24,070 bases of DNA from Clostridia bacterium (GTDB lineage Bacteria; Bacillota; Clostridia; Oscillospirales; CAG-272), in NCBI GenBank assembly GCA_017420845.1, contig JAFQOC010000591.1:1-24070 (forward strand), written 5' to 3'. A program made the translations under genes and the position numbers. Shown here piece by piece: positions 23,335-24,070 of this stretch (position 1 is the first letter of the stretch; each line of letters starts with the position of its first letter). The notes beneath the pieces were generated by a model. The model did no database searches. It was not told where the DNA came from and saw nothing but the letters and a program-made list of their open reading frames with translations.

Positions 23335-24070
23335 GCAGAATCGTAACCTTTGGCGAGATCATGCTGCGGCTCGCTCCCAATGGCTATTACCGTTTCTTCC
23401 AGAATGACCAGATGCAGGCCACCTTCGGCGGTGGCGAGGCCAACGTGGCGGTCTCCCTGGCCAATTTCGGCCTGGATTCCGCCTATATCACCAAGCTTCC
23501 GAAGCACGCCATCGGTCAGGCGGCCATTGATTCCCTGCGCTATTTCGGTGTGGACACCTCCGGTGTAGTACGCGGCGGCGACCGTGTGGGCATATACTAT
23601 CTGGAAAAGGGTGCCTCCCAGCGCGGGTCTGTCTGCATCTATGACCGTGCCCATTCGGCTATCGCCGAGGCCAAGCCCTCCGATTTCGATTGGGATGCTG
23701 TCTTTGAGGGCGCGGATTGGTTCCATTTCACCGGTATCACCCCCGCTCTGGGCGGTGAGCTTGTGAACATCTGTCTCGACGCCTGCAAGGCCGCCAAGGC
23801 TCATGGGGTCAAGATCTCTTGCGACCTCAACTACCGCGGTAAGCTCTGGACCCGCGCCGAGGCAAGAGAGGCTATGACCAAGCTCTGTGAGTACGTGGAC
23901 GTCTGCATCTCCAACGAGGAGGACGCCAAGGACGTCTTCGGCATTGAGGCCGAAAACACCGACATTTACGGCGGCAAGCTGAACCACGAGGGCTACAAGT
24001 CGGTGGCCAAGCAGCTGGCCGATCGGTTCGGTTTTGAGAAGGTGGCCATCACCCTGCGCTCCTCCATCTC
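23331..24070 (+). CDS. kdgK: 2-keto-3-deoxygluconate kinase (PfkB family), runs off the right end
   Basis: Hand translation MSRIVTFGEIMLRL..FGGGEANVAVSLA..GIYYLEKGASQR..YDR..FHFTGITPAL..DLNYRGKLW..NEEDA; RBS GGAGG; ATGA overlap with eda. Not in the ORF track. Confidence 0.93.
   Translation, partial: MSRIVTFGEIMLRLAPNGYYRFFQNDQMQATFGGGEANVAVSLANFGLDSAYITKLPKHAIGQAAIDSLRYFGVDTSGVVRGGDRVGIYYLEKGASQRGSVCIYDRAHSAIAEAKPSDFDWDAVFEGADWFHFTGITPALGGELVNICLDACKAAKAHGVKISCDLNYRGKLWTRAEAREAMTKLCEYVDVCISNEEDAKDVFGIEAENTDIYGGKLNHEGYKSVAKQLADRFGFEKVAITLRSSI

Noticed and set aside
13559-23987. Long minus-strand ORFs (13559-14452, 15458-16354, 17547-18848, 19789-20610, 21384-22610, 23199-23987)
   Set aside because: Antisense to well-supported enzymes; codon-bias shadows.
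1-24070. tRNA, rRNA, IS transposase, anti-phage defence or toxin-antitoxin genes
   Set aside because: No cloverleaf, rRNA signature, DDE motif or defence-associated domain was recognised; the coding space is accounted for by the genes listed.

Overview
Bacterial DNA, most likely a Bacillota (Clostridia-like) organism. This is inferred from sigma-A TTGACA/TGnTATAAT promoters, GGAGG ribosome-binding sites and several lipoproteins. There are three blocks. (1) 1-1804 is the edge of a mobile element. It holds a large serine recombinase running off the left end (missed by the ORF track), a strong divergent promoter, and two fused gene remnants, one being the 3' end of an HUH rolling-circle Rep. (2) 2119-12094 is a cell-surface glycan module. 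An orphan ABC solute-binding lipoprotein converges on a four-gene minus-strand cluster: a CE4 deacetylase lipoprotein, a CBM9/DOMON-like protein, a lipoprotein with three copies of a ~260-aa domain I cannot assign, and a GH71/GH99-like hydrolase. Two of these end in the same C-terminal signal, G-C-x-S-x-L-G plus a hydrophobic helix and basic tail, with no LPxTG. This is my best candidate for an undescribed system: a cysteine-based C-terminal surface-anchoring pathway. (3) 12374-24070 is an AraC regulator divergent from an operon encoding a CE15 esterase, a GH106-like hydrolase, uxaB, uxaA, GH28, uxaC, eda and kdgK (partial), i.e. a complete galacturonate isomerase pathway with cytoplasmic depolymerases. 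All family calls come from motif recognition and hand alignment; no database search was run. No rRNA, tRNA or CRISPR array was seen.
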